NCBI GenBank assembly: GCA_964422165.1
Contig: CAYQZX010000022.1
Span: 65,002 to 129,001 of the forward strand
Length of the DNA: 64,000 bases
Direction: 5' to 3'
Source of the DNA: an uncultured Eubacteriales bacterium
GTDB lineage: Bacteria; Acidobacteriota; Aminicenantia; Aminicenantales; Saccharicenantaceae
The notes beneath the pieces are model-generated. The model was not told the DNA's origin and ran no database searches. It worked only from the letters and a program-made list of their open reading frames with translations. A program made the position numbers and the translations under genes. Below, piece by piece: positions 20,089 to 30,800 of the stretch; the stretch's first letter is position 1, and every line of letters begins with the position of its first letter.

Positions 20089-20997
20089 ATGGCTTTTCTG
20101 GATGGCAAAAGCTGGTGTCTGAAGGCAAGGGGTGGAGGTGGATTGTCCGCTTCAGGCCAGCGAAGTCGGGGTTTTTTAGTCTGTTCAAGTGTTGTGGTCT
20201 TATTTTTTTCTTTTTGGTTTATTTTTCTAAATTTTGGCCATAGACCTTTTACTTTGATGCTGGCAGTTTTGGGGAACGACCAGGGGTCAGGGGCTTTGAT
20301 TGACCTGCCTGAAGTGGCTCAAGAAGTGATTTTTGAAAATGGACTTAAGACCTGGGAAGATAAAAATCAGTACTCCAGGAAAAAACTATACCGGGTTATC
20401 CGGGTGGCTGACGGAGATACCCTGGAACTGGAGGGCAAAGGTGTTGTAAGGTTAATCGGTGTGGACACTCCTGAACTCTCTCATCCCCTTAAACCAGTTC
20501 AGTATTATGCCCGGGAAGCTACTGATTTTGTCAGAAAGCTGGTCGACAAATCTAAGGTCTGGCTGCGTTACGACCAGGAGAGGACTGACAAATATGGTCG
20601 CACCCTGGCTTATGTTTATTTAGAGGATGGGCGCTGTTTGAATGAGGAGATCATCAAAAATGGTTATGGCTTTGCTCTGACCAGGTTTCCCTTCAAAGAT
20701 TTACTTAAATATAAAAGGCTGGAAGAAGAAGCTAAAAAGAAAGAGCTCGGACTCTGGGCCAATCAGGGGCTGGATGAATTTCGCTGGGTTCTGGAGCAGA
20801 AAGTTTTGCCTTATGAAATTTACGAACTGGCCAACAATCTGTGGGCTATAAAGTATAAAAATTATGTCAGGCTACGACTTACGACTGAAGAGCTGGGCAA
20901 AGTGGTTCGTGACCTGAGACAATGGACCGGCGAATTTTCTGACCGCGACCTGGAGAAAACTCTTCTTGACAATGGCTGGCTTAAGGTTAGGCGATGA
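20089..20997 (+). CDS. Staphylococcal-nuclease-like (SNase/thermonuclease) domain protein with an N-terminal hydrophobic anchor. Start codon is uncertain
   Basis: RVADGDTLEL...VRLIGVDTPE...QYYAREAT...KYGRTLAYVY SNase catalytic core. A hydrophobic segment (VVVLFFSFWFIFL) lies upstream. The true start may be downstream, for example Met at 20257. Confidence 0.7.
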   Translation: MAFLDGKSWCLKARGGGGLSASGQRSRGFLVCSSVVVLFFSFWFIFLNFGHRPFTLMLAVLGNDQGSGALIDLPEVAQEVIFENGLKTWEDKNQYSRKKLYRVIRVADGDTLELEGKGVVRLIGVDTPELSHPLKPVQYYAREATDFVRKLVDKSKVWLRYDQERTDKYGRTLAYVYLEDGRCLNEEIIKNGYGFALTRFPFKDLLKYKRLEEEAKKKELGLWANQGLDEFRWVLEQKVLPYEIYELANNLWAIKYKNYVRLRLTTEELGKVVRDLRQWTGEFSDRDLEKTLLDNGWLKVRR

Positions 20998-21836
20998 GAA
21001 AGAAAGCTTTCTGGTCAGTGATTCTTCTGGCTCTAATTTTTTCCGTGTCTAGGCTGGTTTTTATTTTCTCTCAGGAAAAAGTAATTTCCTGGGAAAAAGC
21101 AGGGGATTATGTCGGTCAAACGGTTACGGTTGAAGGAGTTATAGTCAGAGCTCATAATTCGGGCCGGGCCTGTTTTTTAAATTTTCATCCTGATTACCAG
21201 AAGTATTTGAGCCTGGTGATATTTGCTTCAGATTTTAACCGGTTTCCTTCGCAACCAGAAAAATATTATCTTAATAAAAAAGTCAGGGTTAAAGGCCGAG
21301 TATTAATTTACCGGGGCCGACCTGAAATAATCCTGAGCTCACCGGAGCAGATAAAATTGGTCTCCGGGACCGGTCGGGTAGGATTTCCATCAGATCAGAT
21401 GAAGGGCCAGGCTGGACAGGAAGAAGAGGAAACGGTCAAAAAACCGACCCTTCCGGCGACCTCAAAGACTGCAGGCAGTAAAGAGGTCTCACCTGAAAAT
21501 TCTTCCCAGAAAATTTCAGGAGAGGACCGGTTTGCGAGAGCAGTCAAAGAAATATCCTGGGAAGAGGCGACCGATTATCTCGGTCAGACAGTTTGGGTTC
21601 GGGGAAAAGTGGTGGCTACTCACAATTCTGGTAAAGCCTGCTTTTTGAATTTTCACCGCAACTGGCGAAGATATTTCACAGTGGTGATCTTTGCCAGCAA
21701 TTTCCATCTCTTTCCGAAACGGCCAGAAGACCTCTTTCTTAACCGGGAAATAAGGGTTTATGGGCAGATACGGGAGTATCAGGGCAAACCGGAGATTATC
21801 GTGGAAAGCCCTGAACAGATAGAGATTATTCGTTAG
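20994..21836 (+). CDS. Tandem OB-fold (nucleic-acid-binding-like) domain protein, translationally coupled to the SNase gene
   Basis: Two roughly 95-aa internal repeats (ISWE.A.DY.GQTV.V.G.VV..HNSG.ACFLNFH...VIFAS.F..FP..PE......V.G....Y.G.PEII..SPEQI) separated by a Glu/Lys-rich linker. N-terminal signal or anchor. 4-bp ATGA overlap with the upstream gene. Confidence 0.5.
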   Translation: MRKKAFWSVILLALIFSVSRLVFIFSQEKVISWEKAGDYVGQTVTVEGVIVRAHNSGRACFLNFHPDYQKYLSLVIFASDFNRFPSQPEKYYLNKKVRVKGRVLIYRGRPEIILSSPEQIKLVSGTGRVGFPSDQMKGQAGQEEEETVKKPTLPATSKTAGSKEVSPENSSQKISGEDRFARAVKEISWEEATDYLGQTVWVRGKVVATHNSGKACFLNFHRNWRRYFTVVIFASNFHLFPKRPEDLFLNREIRVYGQIREYQGKPEIIVESPEQIEIIR

Positions 21837-22845
21837 AACAGCTCAGCCCAAGTTTCTTTTGATAATACTTCTGGTGATATTCTTCCGCCCGATAAAAGCC
21901 GCGAAAAGGTGCTATTTCAGTAACGATTTTTTTCCGGTATTTTCCATTCTGCTGAAGTTCAGCTTTTACTTTTTCGGCGATTTTTTTCTGCTCCTGGTCA
22001 TGATAGAAGATGGCTGAGCGATAGTTGGGACCAACATCAGGTCCTTGACGGTTGTACTGGGTGGGGTCGTGAAACTCGAAGAACTTTCTAATTAATTGCT
22101 CATAGGAAATTACGGTTGGGTCAAAAACTACTTGGACTGCTTCGGCGTGCCCGGTTCTGCCGGTCAGTACCTGCTGGTAGGTGGGGTTGATGACTTTGCC
22201 TCCACTATAGCCGACGGTTGTTTCCAGGACTCCTTTTATCTGGCTTAGGGAATACTCCACTCCCCAGAAACAGCCGGCCGCCAAAGTGGCCACCTGAGGC
22301 AGCTCCTTTCTGGCATCTTCAGCCGGTTTGAAATTTAAGGCAACCGAATTGATGCAGTAATGTTTACCTGTGGGAGCCGGACCGTCGTAAAACAGGTGTC
22401 CGAGATGAGCCCCACAGCCACCACATCTGACTTCAATCCGATGGGTGCCCAGGGATAAGTCATCATGATATTCAAGATAAGCTTCGGCAAATGATTCCTT
22501 AAAGCTGGGCCAACCAGTCCGGTGGTCATACTTATCTTCAGAACGGAACAAGGGATTACCGCAGGCAACACAGAGGTAGATTCCTTCTTCCCAGAAATCA
22601 TTGTATTTTCCCGAAAAGGGCCTTTCTGTTCCTTTCTGAAACATTACCCGGAACTGTTCAGGGGTCAGCTCTTTTTTCCATTCCTCCAGTGATTTATTAA
22701 CTTTTTTCATGGTTTGTTCCTCGAGTGACTGATTAAGAGCTGAGGAAGCGCTTTGATAAAAAAGGGCATTAAGGCCCTTCCAGCCAGCCCAGGACAGAAG
22801 CAGGCTCAGTCCCAGAATTATGGCTTTTTGATAAAACTTTAGCAT
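21826..22845 (-). CDS. msrAB: Bifunctional peptide-methionine sulfoxide reductase MsrB-MsrA fusion, secreted or periplasmic
   Basis: N-terminal signal peptide. The MsrB domain has CxxC...CGWP-like motifs (CVACGNP, RCGGCGAHLGH). It is followed by MsrA (GCFWG active site, HAE, FHDPT). Confidence 0.85.
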   Translation of the reverse strand: MLKFYQKAIILGLSLLLSWAGWKGLNALFYQSASSALNQSLEEQTMKKVNKSLEEWKKELTPEQFRVMFQKGTERPFSGKYNDFWEEGIYLCVACGNPLFRSEDKYDHRTGWPSFKESFAEAYLEYHDDLSLGTHRIEVRCGGCGAHLGHLFYDGPAPTGKHYCINSVALNFKPAEDARKELPQVATLAAGCFWGVEYSLSQIKGVLETTVGYSGGKVINPTYQQVLTGRTGHAEAVQVVFDPTVISYEQLIRKFFEFHDPTQYNRQGPDVGPNYRSAIFYHDQEQKKIAEKVKAELQQNGKYRKKIVTEIAPFRGFYRAEEYHQKYYQKKLGLSCSNE

Positions 22846-23212
22846 CTAAGAACTCCGTTTTCTTTCAAATCCTACAATTCCAATATACATTAAACTAAAC
22901 CAGAGAGTAATGACCATCTGAAAATCTTCTGGTTGCGGGCAGGGCTTTTAAGCAGTAAGAAATTGACCTCAGAAGCTAACCGGCTTCTGGCTTTTCAAGA
23001 TCTCAGGGTCTGATTCTGGCTCTACTGAAAGGAGGAAAACCCATAGTTAGAAAGGCGACTGGAGCCCTTCTTTATTTAAAAATCTTTGCTGTTTTAAACC
23101 TGAGTTTTTCCACAGATTGACCCGTAAAGAGCAAATGAAAGTCTTGGATTCCGACCGTTGTTATCTTAGAATAGGCTAACCAGTAGTTTAGGAAGTATCA
23201 AGGAGGCTTTGA

Positions 23213-23635
23213 ATGTCTCAGGCCCTCAGGTATTTAGTTTTGTGGATTGCTACCCTGATTCTTTTCAGTCTGGCCGATGCGGCCTGGCATTTTCTGATTT
23301 TTGGCCGGGCCTATAGGGAAGATTTCAGGGTGTTGGCTTTGGTGAAGCAAGACCGAATTGTCTTCAGGAAGTTTTATGGATTTCTGGCTCAATTTGTTCT
23401 TGTTTCCTGTTTGATTTTGTTGATTTTGCTCTGCAGCCCGGAAAACTTGAAAATTTCGATTTTGGTCGGTGCTCTGGCTGGGCTTCTGGCCATCACCGTC
23501 TACGGTCTGACCAATTATGCTTTGATGAAGGATTGGAGTTTCAGGCTGACTCTGCTTGAAGTTTTCTGGGGACCGGTTCTCGGAGCCTGGGGTGGGCTGG
23601 TAGTCAGCATTCTTTATCGCTGGCTGTTCTTTTAA
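23213..23635 (+). CDS. Small 4-TM membrane protein, unknown function
   Basis: 140 aa with four hydrophobic helices and no recognisable catalytic motif. Confidence 0.4.
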   Translation: MSQALRYLVLWIATLILFSLADAAWHFLIFGRAYREDFRVLALVKQDRIVFRKFYGFLAQFVLVSCLILLILLCSPENLKISILVGALAGLLAITVYGLTNYALMKDWSFRLTLLEVFWGPVLGAWGGLVVSILYRWLFF

Positions 23636-23700
23636 TTCGGCTTTAATCTTTAATTCAAAGAAATAACGGCTCCCTTCAAGATTTTGGCTGCGGGCTGCTA

Positions 23701-24489
23701 TTACCGTCTTTTTGGTGGAAGGGGTATAAAGGCGCTGGTAACTCTTTTATAAGATTCAAATTCCCGGTTGCCCAGGTATTTTTTTTCAAGAAGGGGGACT
23801 CCTGAAACTTTAACCAGAAGGAAGGTTATGGTCAGGGGGCTGATAATCCCCACCCAGCCTGCAGAGGTGTTAAGGCCGATGAGGAATATTCCCCACCACA
23901 TCATTGCTTCACCAAAATAATTGGGATGGCGGGAGTAGCGCCAGAGGCCGGTTTGTTTGATTTTCCCTTTATTCTCCGGATTCTGCTTGAATTTTTTAAG
24001 CTGCTGGTCAGCTATGGCTTCCAGCAGAAAGCCAGTTAGCCAGACCAGCAGTCCCAGATTATCAAGCCAGTTCCAGTCGGAATGATGGCTTTTCATGATA
24101 AATAAGCCCGGCAGGATGATTAAAAACATAAAAAGACCCTGAAGCAGGAATATCTGAAAATAACCTCTAATAATGAAATACTTTCCCCATTTCTGCCGCC
24201 AGGTGGCATAGCGAAAATCTTCAGGCTTGCCTTTATTCCGCTTGTATATGTGCCAGGAGAGCCTCAGTGCCCAGGTGGTAATCAGTAATAGTGCTAAGAA
24301 TTGGCGGCCGCCGGGGAAATTTTGAAAGTCAGAAACTGACAGGTAGGAACTAATTATTACCAGGGCAAAGCCAGCTCCCCAGGCTATATCCACAATGGAA
24401 GCGTCTTTCTTAATCAGGGAGAGAATAAATACCAGGTTCATATATATGAATATCAGCCAGCCTGCTAACCAAAAGATGTTCACGTTCAA
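23701..24489 (-). CDS. Polytopic membrane protein of the DUF1295 / ICMT / steroid-reductase-like superfamily
   Basis: Multi-TM protein with a C-terminal RHPNYFGE....WWG motif characteristic of DUF1295 and isoprenylcysteine-carboxyl-methyltransferase-like enzymes. Confidence 0.5.
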   Translation of the reverse strand: MNVNIFWLAGWLIFIYMNLVFILSLIKKDASIVDIAWGAGFALVIISSYLSVSDFQNFPGGRQFLALLLITTWALRLSWHIYKRNKGKPEDFRYATWRQKWGKYFIIRGYFQIFLLQGLFMFLIILPGLFIMKSHHSDWNWLDNLGLLVWLTGFLLEAIADQQLKKFKQNPENKGKIKQTGLWRYSRHPNYFGEAMMWWGIFLIGLNTSAGWVGIISPLTITFLLVKVSGVPLLEKKYLGNREFESYKRVTSAFIPLPPKRR

Positions 24490-24540
24490 GGATTCCCCTG
24501 GTTGTATTAAAGGCTAACCTGGTAAAATATATATGAATGA

Positions 24541-26319
24541 TTATTCATATGATAGACAGATCCCCACCGAGCCTATCCCGTTGTGCACTCCGACTACGGG
24601 TGAAGTGTCCAGGATGAAGCTAACCGGTTTCCCGCAGATATTTTCAATCTCCCGGGCATAAGCTTGGGCCCGGTCCGGTTCGCTTACATGGACTATAGCA
24701 AAGGAGTGAATAGGATGCTGACGGTGTTTCTCTCTTACCATTTTCAGAATCTTTTTGAAATTCTGCTTTCGGCTGAAGGACTTGCCGGCCGAAGTGGCTT
24801 TGCCTTCTTCGTTCAGGGTGATAATGGGTTTTATATTCAGAAGTTTAGCCAGCAGGCCTTTAGCCGGGCTCACCCGGCCTCCCTTGACCAGGTATTTTAA
24901 TGTTTTAACGTCAACCAGAAGTTCGGTCTTAGCTGAGAGCTCCTCGGCTTTTTTAGCCAGTTCATCCACTTCCTGATTGCCGGGCCAATCATCCAGCAGA
25001 CGCTTGACTATCAGGCCAAAAGTGCCAGACAGATGACGAGTGTCAACCACCCGGATTTTTTTATCGGTAAATGTTTCAGCCACTTTTTTTACCAGATGGT
25101 GATAACCGGAAAGCCCGCTGGAAATGGTCAGGACCAGGATGGACTCAAAATGACTGCTCAGAAAGGAAAACCAGTTTTCTAAGGTTTTGGGAGACGGCTG
25201 AGCACTCCGGGGCAGGATTTCTCCCTGACTCATCAGCTGGTAGAGTTTATCCGGAGTGATGGTCAGCTTGTCAAGAAAAACCTGATCGCCGATGTTGATC
25301 AGGAAGGGTATTACCACTACCTGGTACTGTTCAAGCCAATGAGCGGGTAAATCGCAGGAAGAATCCACTACCAGAGCTACCCGGCTATTTGGTCTTAGAC
25401 TTATTTCAGCTTGAAGCTTCATGTCTTCAACCTTGGGCTGAACGATGGTGCCTAAATCTTTCAGGGCATAGAACAATTCAGCTGGGTGGTTGGTATGGAC
25501 ATGAAAACGGGCTTTGGACTCAGAACCGCCGATAATGGCTGAATCTCCGGCCTGGACTACAATTTTCTTGATTGTTTCTAAATCCAGAGCTTCACCTTGA
25601 ATCAGGGCTTCGGTACAGTAGCGATAAGTTAGATTTTCCCGAATTTTATGGGGAGTTTCCTTTAATTCAATCTCAGGCAGTTCATCTTTAATAATGCTTT
25701 TCAGATTGCCCTGTCTGATAAAGTTGACTACACCCTCAATGAAATCAACAAAACCTCTGGCCCCGGCATCTACCACCCCGGCCTTTCTCAGTACGGCCAG
25801 CTTTTTAGGGGTTTCCTGGAGAGCAGCCCTGGCTCTTTCCAGTGAATGATGAAGCAGCTCCTGGTAGTCGGCGAAGCGGTGCCGGTTATGATAAACTTCA
25901 TCAGCCCACTCCCGGATGAGGGTTAGCATGGTTCCCTCCTGAGGATGAGCGATGGCATTGTAAGCGTAACGGACAGCGTTGCGGACAGATTCTCCAAAAC
26001 GAGAGGTGGTTACCCTGATTTCATTTCCGAGTTCCCTGCTGAGGCCGTAAATGAACTGAGCGAAGATTATTCCCGAGTTACCCCGGGCTCCCGTTAGAGC
26101 GGCTTCGGCAATGGAATGGAGAACTTCTTTAATTGAGCGGGCCGGTCGGGCCTGCTCGGCAATGGCTTTCATGGTTGAAGCCAGGTTGGTTCCAGTGTCG
26201 CCATCAGGGACTGGAAAAACATTAATCTGGTTCAGATAAGCAAAATCTTTGATAACGGCTTTACCCCCCGCCAGGAAAGCAAGATAAAATCTTTTTCCGT
26301 CCAGATATTTAATTTTCAT
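24541..26319 (-). CDS. DAK2-domain fusion protein (YloV family) with a DegV-like C-terminal domain
   Basis: N-terminal DAK2 motif (PVPDGDTGTNL...RGNSG) and C-terminal DegV-like segment (ALVVDSSCDLP.......VVIP). Confidence 0.7.
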   Translation of the reverse strand: MKIKYLDGKRFYLAFLAGGKAVIKDFAYLNQINVFPVPDGDTGTNLASTMKAIAEQARPARSIKEVLHSIAEAALTGARGNSGIIFAQFIYGLSRELGNEIRVTTSRFGESVRNAVRYAYNAIAHPQEGTMLTLIREWADEVYHNRHRFADYQELLHHSLERARAALQETPKKLAVLRKAGVVDAGARGFVDFIEGVVNFIRQGNLKSIIKDELPEIELKETPHKIRENLTYRYCTEALIQGEALDLETIKKIVVQAGDSAIIGGSESKARFHVHTNHPAELFYALKDLGTIVQPKVEDMKLQAEISLRPNSRVALVVDSSCDLPAHWLEQYQVVVIPFLINIGDQVFLDKLTITPDKLYQLMSQGEILPRSAQPSPKTLENWFSFLSSHFESILVLTISSGLSGYHHLVKKVAETFTDKKIRVVDTRHLSGTFGLIVKRLLDDWPGNQEVDELAKKAEELSAKTELLVDVKTLKYLVKGGRVSPAKGLLAKLLNIKPIITLNEEGKATSAGKSFSRKQNFKKILKMVREKHRQHPIHSFAIVHVSEPDRAQAYAREIENICGKPVSFILDTSPVVGVHNGIGSVGICLSYE

Positions 26320-26458
26320 TCCTGATTTTCTATCCTCTCTACGATAAAAAAATAAACAGCTTTATTCTACCAGATTATGGGAAGGTTTACCATAAAAAAT
26401 TAGAGTTTGCTCCCTGAATCCGACATCTGACTGTTACCCCTACCCCGGGTTTAATTTC

Positions 26459-27337
26459 TCAGCTTCTCGGTTTTTCCCTGAGATGCCGGGGCAGATAGAA
26501 CATCGATAGATGAGTCTGGCCGTCATAAAAGCGTAAGTTCCCTTTGACTCTCTCTGAAATTTTACGGTCTATTTCCTCAGCCGGAAGAATCGGGCTGGTA
26601 TGGTCTTTGAAGGCCATCAGAAACCCCCATGAGCTGTCATAGGAAGGAATATAAGTCTGATAAGAATAAACCTTTTGAAAAACTGTGGCCAGATTGTTTT
26701 TTATGAAAAAATGGTGGTTTTCCTGACCGGGGCGGGTGGTTTCTCCCTGGGTGACCAGGATTCCGTCTGGACTCATTTTTTCCCAGGCTAGGCGGTAGAA
26801 TTCGGCGGTGTAAAGCCGGTATGCTGGAGTGTCCGGATAAGGTTCAGGCAGGTCTATTATGATGACGTCAAAAACTTCCTCGGTCTGACGGATAAAATCC
26901 CAGCCATCCTGAAGAACCAGTTGAAAGTAGGGATGGCTAAGGGCCCCGTGGTGCCAGGGCTCCAGATACTTCCGGGAAAATTCAATCATCTCGGCATCTA
27001 TATCCACCCCAGTGATTTTAAGGCTGTCGTATTTTAAAAGTTCCCTGAGGGTAGCTCCTTCACCTACACCCATTACCAGAACCTTACGGGGATGAGGATG
27101 CAGCAGCAGGGGAGGATGAACCAGAGCTTCATGGTAGATGAATTCGTCTTTTTCGGTGGATTGGATCTTACCGTCTATGATAAGGCACTTACCCAGGCTT
27201 TCGATTTCTACAATCTGGATTCTCTGGTAGGTAGATTGGTAGTCAATCAAAACCTTCTTTATTCCGAAGGCATGGAGCTGGTCAGCCTCAATTCGGTCTA
27301 TAAACCAATGAGAGAAAGTTCTGTTTTCCATAGCCAC
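26459..27337 (-). CDS. speE: Spermidine synthase (polyamine aminopropyltransferase)
   Basis: VLVMGVGEGATLRE SAM/dcSAM-binding glycine-rich motif, a VIIIDLPEP acidic motif and an N-terminal tetramerisation region. Confidence 0.8.
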   Translation of the reverse strand: MAMENRTFSHWFIDRIEADQLHAFGIKKVLIDYQSTYQRIQIVEIESLGKCLIIDGKIQSTEKDEFIYHEALVHPPLLLHPHPRKVLVMGVGEGATLRELLKYDSLKITGVDIDAEMIEFSRKYLEPWHHGALSHPYFQLVLQDGWDFIRQTEEVFDVIIIDLPEPYPDTPAYRLYTAEFYRLAWEKMSPDGILVTQGETTRPGQENHHFFIKNNLATVFQKVYSYQTYIPSYDSSWGFLMAFKDHTSPILPAEEIDRKISERVKGNLRFYDGQTHLSMFYLPRHLREKPRS

Positions 27338-27814
27338 CTCCTTACCGACAGTGCCTTTTTAAGATCTTGAAATTCTGAAGAAATATAATTTATTCAGGAG
27401 CCCGAATAGCAATCCAGTCAGTTCTTAAGCTTTTGATATTATACAAAATAATAGGTCCTGAGGCTATTTTTTTAAAACTATAATCCTGTTTTTCCCCGAG
27501 CGAACAAGCTGGGAAATAGATGATGATAGATAATTTTTGAGTTTGTAAATAAAATAATTATTCCAGCCAGAGCTCCTAAGATTTTAAGTGGTGTTTTTGA
27601 TGGTCTAATTCAATTGACAATGATTAAAAAAGTTTACTGCCCTGGAAAAAATGCTTTTAAGTGCTTTTTTGCCGCAGGCAAATTAAGAAAATCTTTCCAC
27701 AGGCCAACAAACCGGATCTCGGGCCCCATCTGACTTATTTTTTTACCTTTCCTCTATTTATCTGCCAGAAAAATGACCTGTACTTTTCTGGGGTCGAGAT
27801 TCTGCTTTTCTTCT

Positions 27815-30800
27815 TTAGCGGATTACCTGATAAATTTCCCTCCAGGACCTGATACGCAGTAAGGCTCCTACCGGTTGTTCCAGCTTTTCTATGGTGGAGT
27901 CGTATTCTTGGATGTAAACATCCTGCTTGTAGGAACCCCCAACCCTCTGTCTTTCACCAACCGTAACTGCGGTTCGGGCTTTGCTGGCCAGAGCTAAATA
28001 GTCCAGGGCCTGCCCCTGAGCGTTTTTAAGGGCACTTCCGCCTACCGGCACACCCAGAACAGGCTGGATGAACCGGGCATACAGCCGGCCGAAGTCACCT
28101 AAGTTCTGGCAGGGGTCGGCGGCTTCTATGCTGCCTTTTAAGGTGCTGAAGTAAACTATGTAATTGGCTATTACCGGGTCGGCCCAGATTTTCTCCCCAG
28201 CCTCTAAGGAGCCTACGAATTTAGCGCTTCCGAGACCAGTCTCGGCGACATTGCCCATGTACCATTCAAGTTCCACTTCAGGATTGTCGGTCCGGAGGTT
28301 TCCATTTTTATCCAGATAAACCTTATCTATTAAAGCGACAAAGGAATAGCTTCTATCAGCCGGAGCACTTTCATGCCCGCCTGTTCCAAAATAAATCCTG
28401 GGGTAGTTGGAGCCTGAAGCGGAAAAACCCAGCCAGATAGCTGGTTTGGTGATTATCGGATAGAGACAACGGTCGCGGAATATTTCCGTCATCCTCCAGC
28501 TACCAGGATTTTGAGAGGTGACATCCAGACGCCAGATCCTTCCATCCAGGTCGGCAATATAAACACAGTCCACATATCCATCTTTGTTTAAGTCCGAGCC
28601 GTTAGGGGAACCTGGAAGGGAAACATAAATGTTGGGAAAAGGATTGCCGGACCGTCTTCGGTCTGAAGAGTTTAGGTCAGAAATTCTGGTTGACCAGAGT
28701 ACTCTACCGTCTTCAATGTTGATGGCGGCGAGGGTATTGCCGATGTAAGCCTGATAGCCAGCATCTACAGGATGGCAATAACCTGAACCGACAAAAGCCA
28801 CCCAGGTTGGATTCCCTGAGACATTAACCCTGGCTATGTAGGGAACTGACCAGGTTTGACCGTTGGTCATATTATAATTCTGGCCCTGTCTTCTAATTCT
28901 ATCACCGGCGAATTCCCACATCGGGATGGGATTTTCCGGGTCAGTAACATCAAGAGCAAAATAGTAATAATGATAATTCTGGGTTTGACCGTTGTTGAAG
29001 CCATCAGGAGCCTGTCCCTGGCCTTCTCCCTGGCCACAGACCAGAACTGTTCGCCACTGACCATTTATGAAAACATCGGAGACAGAAGGTGAGCTGTCCA
29101 CATAAGCTTTTCTGGAAAAGTATCTGAGTTTTCTAGCCTGGTCAACCGGCCACATTTCCTTTAACCGGGAAAGCTGGTTATAGGGTATAAAGGCCCAGAG
29201 CTCCTCTCCGCTGGAAGCGTCAAAGCAATGCAACATACCGTCGTTAGCTCCAATATAGACGACTTTCCTTCTGTCTGATAATGCCTGTTTAAATTCAGCA
29301 TAGCCGCTTCCCATCAAACGCGGGTCTTCCTGCGGTGGCCCGACCACGGCCGGGGTGGAGTGGTTGATGTCCCCCAGTCTCCAGTAGCGGCCGTGCCCCC
29401 TGACGAAAAGAATTAAGCCTTCCTCGTTGTTCTGATAATCTCTAAGGATAGGTCTTAAAAGTTCCAGGTTGGCCAGGTTAAATTCAACCCTCTGAAGGTT
29501 TCCAGAAGCTGGTCTGTTAGGATTTATGGCAGTGTAGATAGTTCGGGTCCTGGGGTCGCGGTCCATCAAAAGTTCTCCTGCATCCCAGAGCAGCTCCACT
29601 CCCTCTGCCAGCCAGCGTCCGGTATCAGACCCTAGCTCTGAGGCAGTAACGGTCCGCAGGTTGGAATAATTATTTTGAACAGCTCTCATTCCGGTTACAT
29701 CGTAAGCTCTCAAGTGCCCTTCCCAGCCTGGATAGATAAACGAAGCTGCGATTATTAGCTTGCGGTTCTGCCCGAGCCTGTCAATCAACGATGTGGCTAC
29801 TGAGGAGCGGGAATATTCTCTTCTGCTCACATAGGTGAACTCAATGGTCAGCTGTCTGATTAGGGGTGTGTCATAGGAAGCTCCTGTGTATTCAGCCATT
29901 TGATCTTCCTGGGCTTCCAACACCGCTTTCCAGCGGAGGTCACCTCCAAAATTGCTAAAAACATGCCAATCCGAATCTGACCAAGGACGGATGTCACTGC
30001 CTTCAAAAGTCCGGTATCGTTCCCAGTGCAGACCGCCATCGTTAGAGAGATAATAGGTTATCATGAGCCCGGAAGAAGAGCCGCTCACTCCCTGATTCAG
30101 GTTAATGATTCTGGCTTTGGTAATGGCATATTGTCTCGGGTTTATCAGATTGCTCACCACGTTGGTAGAAACAGCTTCACCGTAAAGCACATAGACATCT
30201 GCTAAGAGGTTTATTACCAGATAGTAGTCTCCTGAATGGTTGGCATCAGCCAAAATCAGGTCGTAGTCACCATCACTGTCGTAATCCGTTACGCAAGCAA
30301 TATCCACGTCATAATCAGGAGGGATAATGGGTTGACAGTTATTTTCGCACTTAAAAATCCAGTTAATTTCATAATAGGTTTCTTCTTCTCCAGTTTCCGG
30401 ATTGGTTACAGTGACTGGTGTTCTGCCCATGTTACGCAGCCACCAGATTTTTGCCCGGTTGCCGGCATTCCAGCGGTCAGTGGCTACAAAAATATCTTTC
30501 CAGCCGTTTTGGTCGAAATCAGCCACGGCGATGGCTACTGTTCCAGTGCAGGTTGGGTCCGGGATGGGGATTTCACTGCGGATGAATTTGCCTGTTCCAT
30601 CATTCTGGTAATAGACCAGAAAAGGCCAGCCGTTGACTGACCCGCAGACTACATCAATATCTCCATCCAGGTCAAAATCAGCGGCGGCTACAGCCGAAGT
30701 TCCGCGGTCAGTAAAACCACCAGCCGGTAACGGGGCTTTATAACCTGTTCTCTGGTTATAATTAAGCTCTTCTACTGACCACTCAGAGAGAGAAAAGCGC

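Noticed and set aside
19899-20108. 69-aa minus-strand ORF overlapping the tRNA-Arg gene
   Set aside because: It overlaps a well-folded tRNA on the opposite strand, has no RBS, and has a low-complexity sequence.
27700-27760. Palindrome CCAGAAAA-N11-TTTTCTGG downstream of pilY1, considered as its terminator
   Set aside because: It is a symmetric 8-bp stem, but it is not followed by a T-run in the minus-strand direction of transcription, so I did not call it a terminator.
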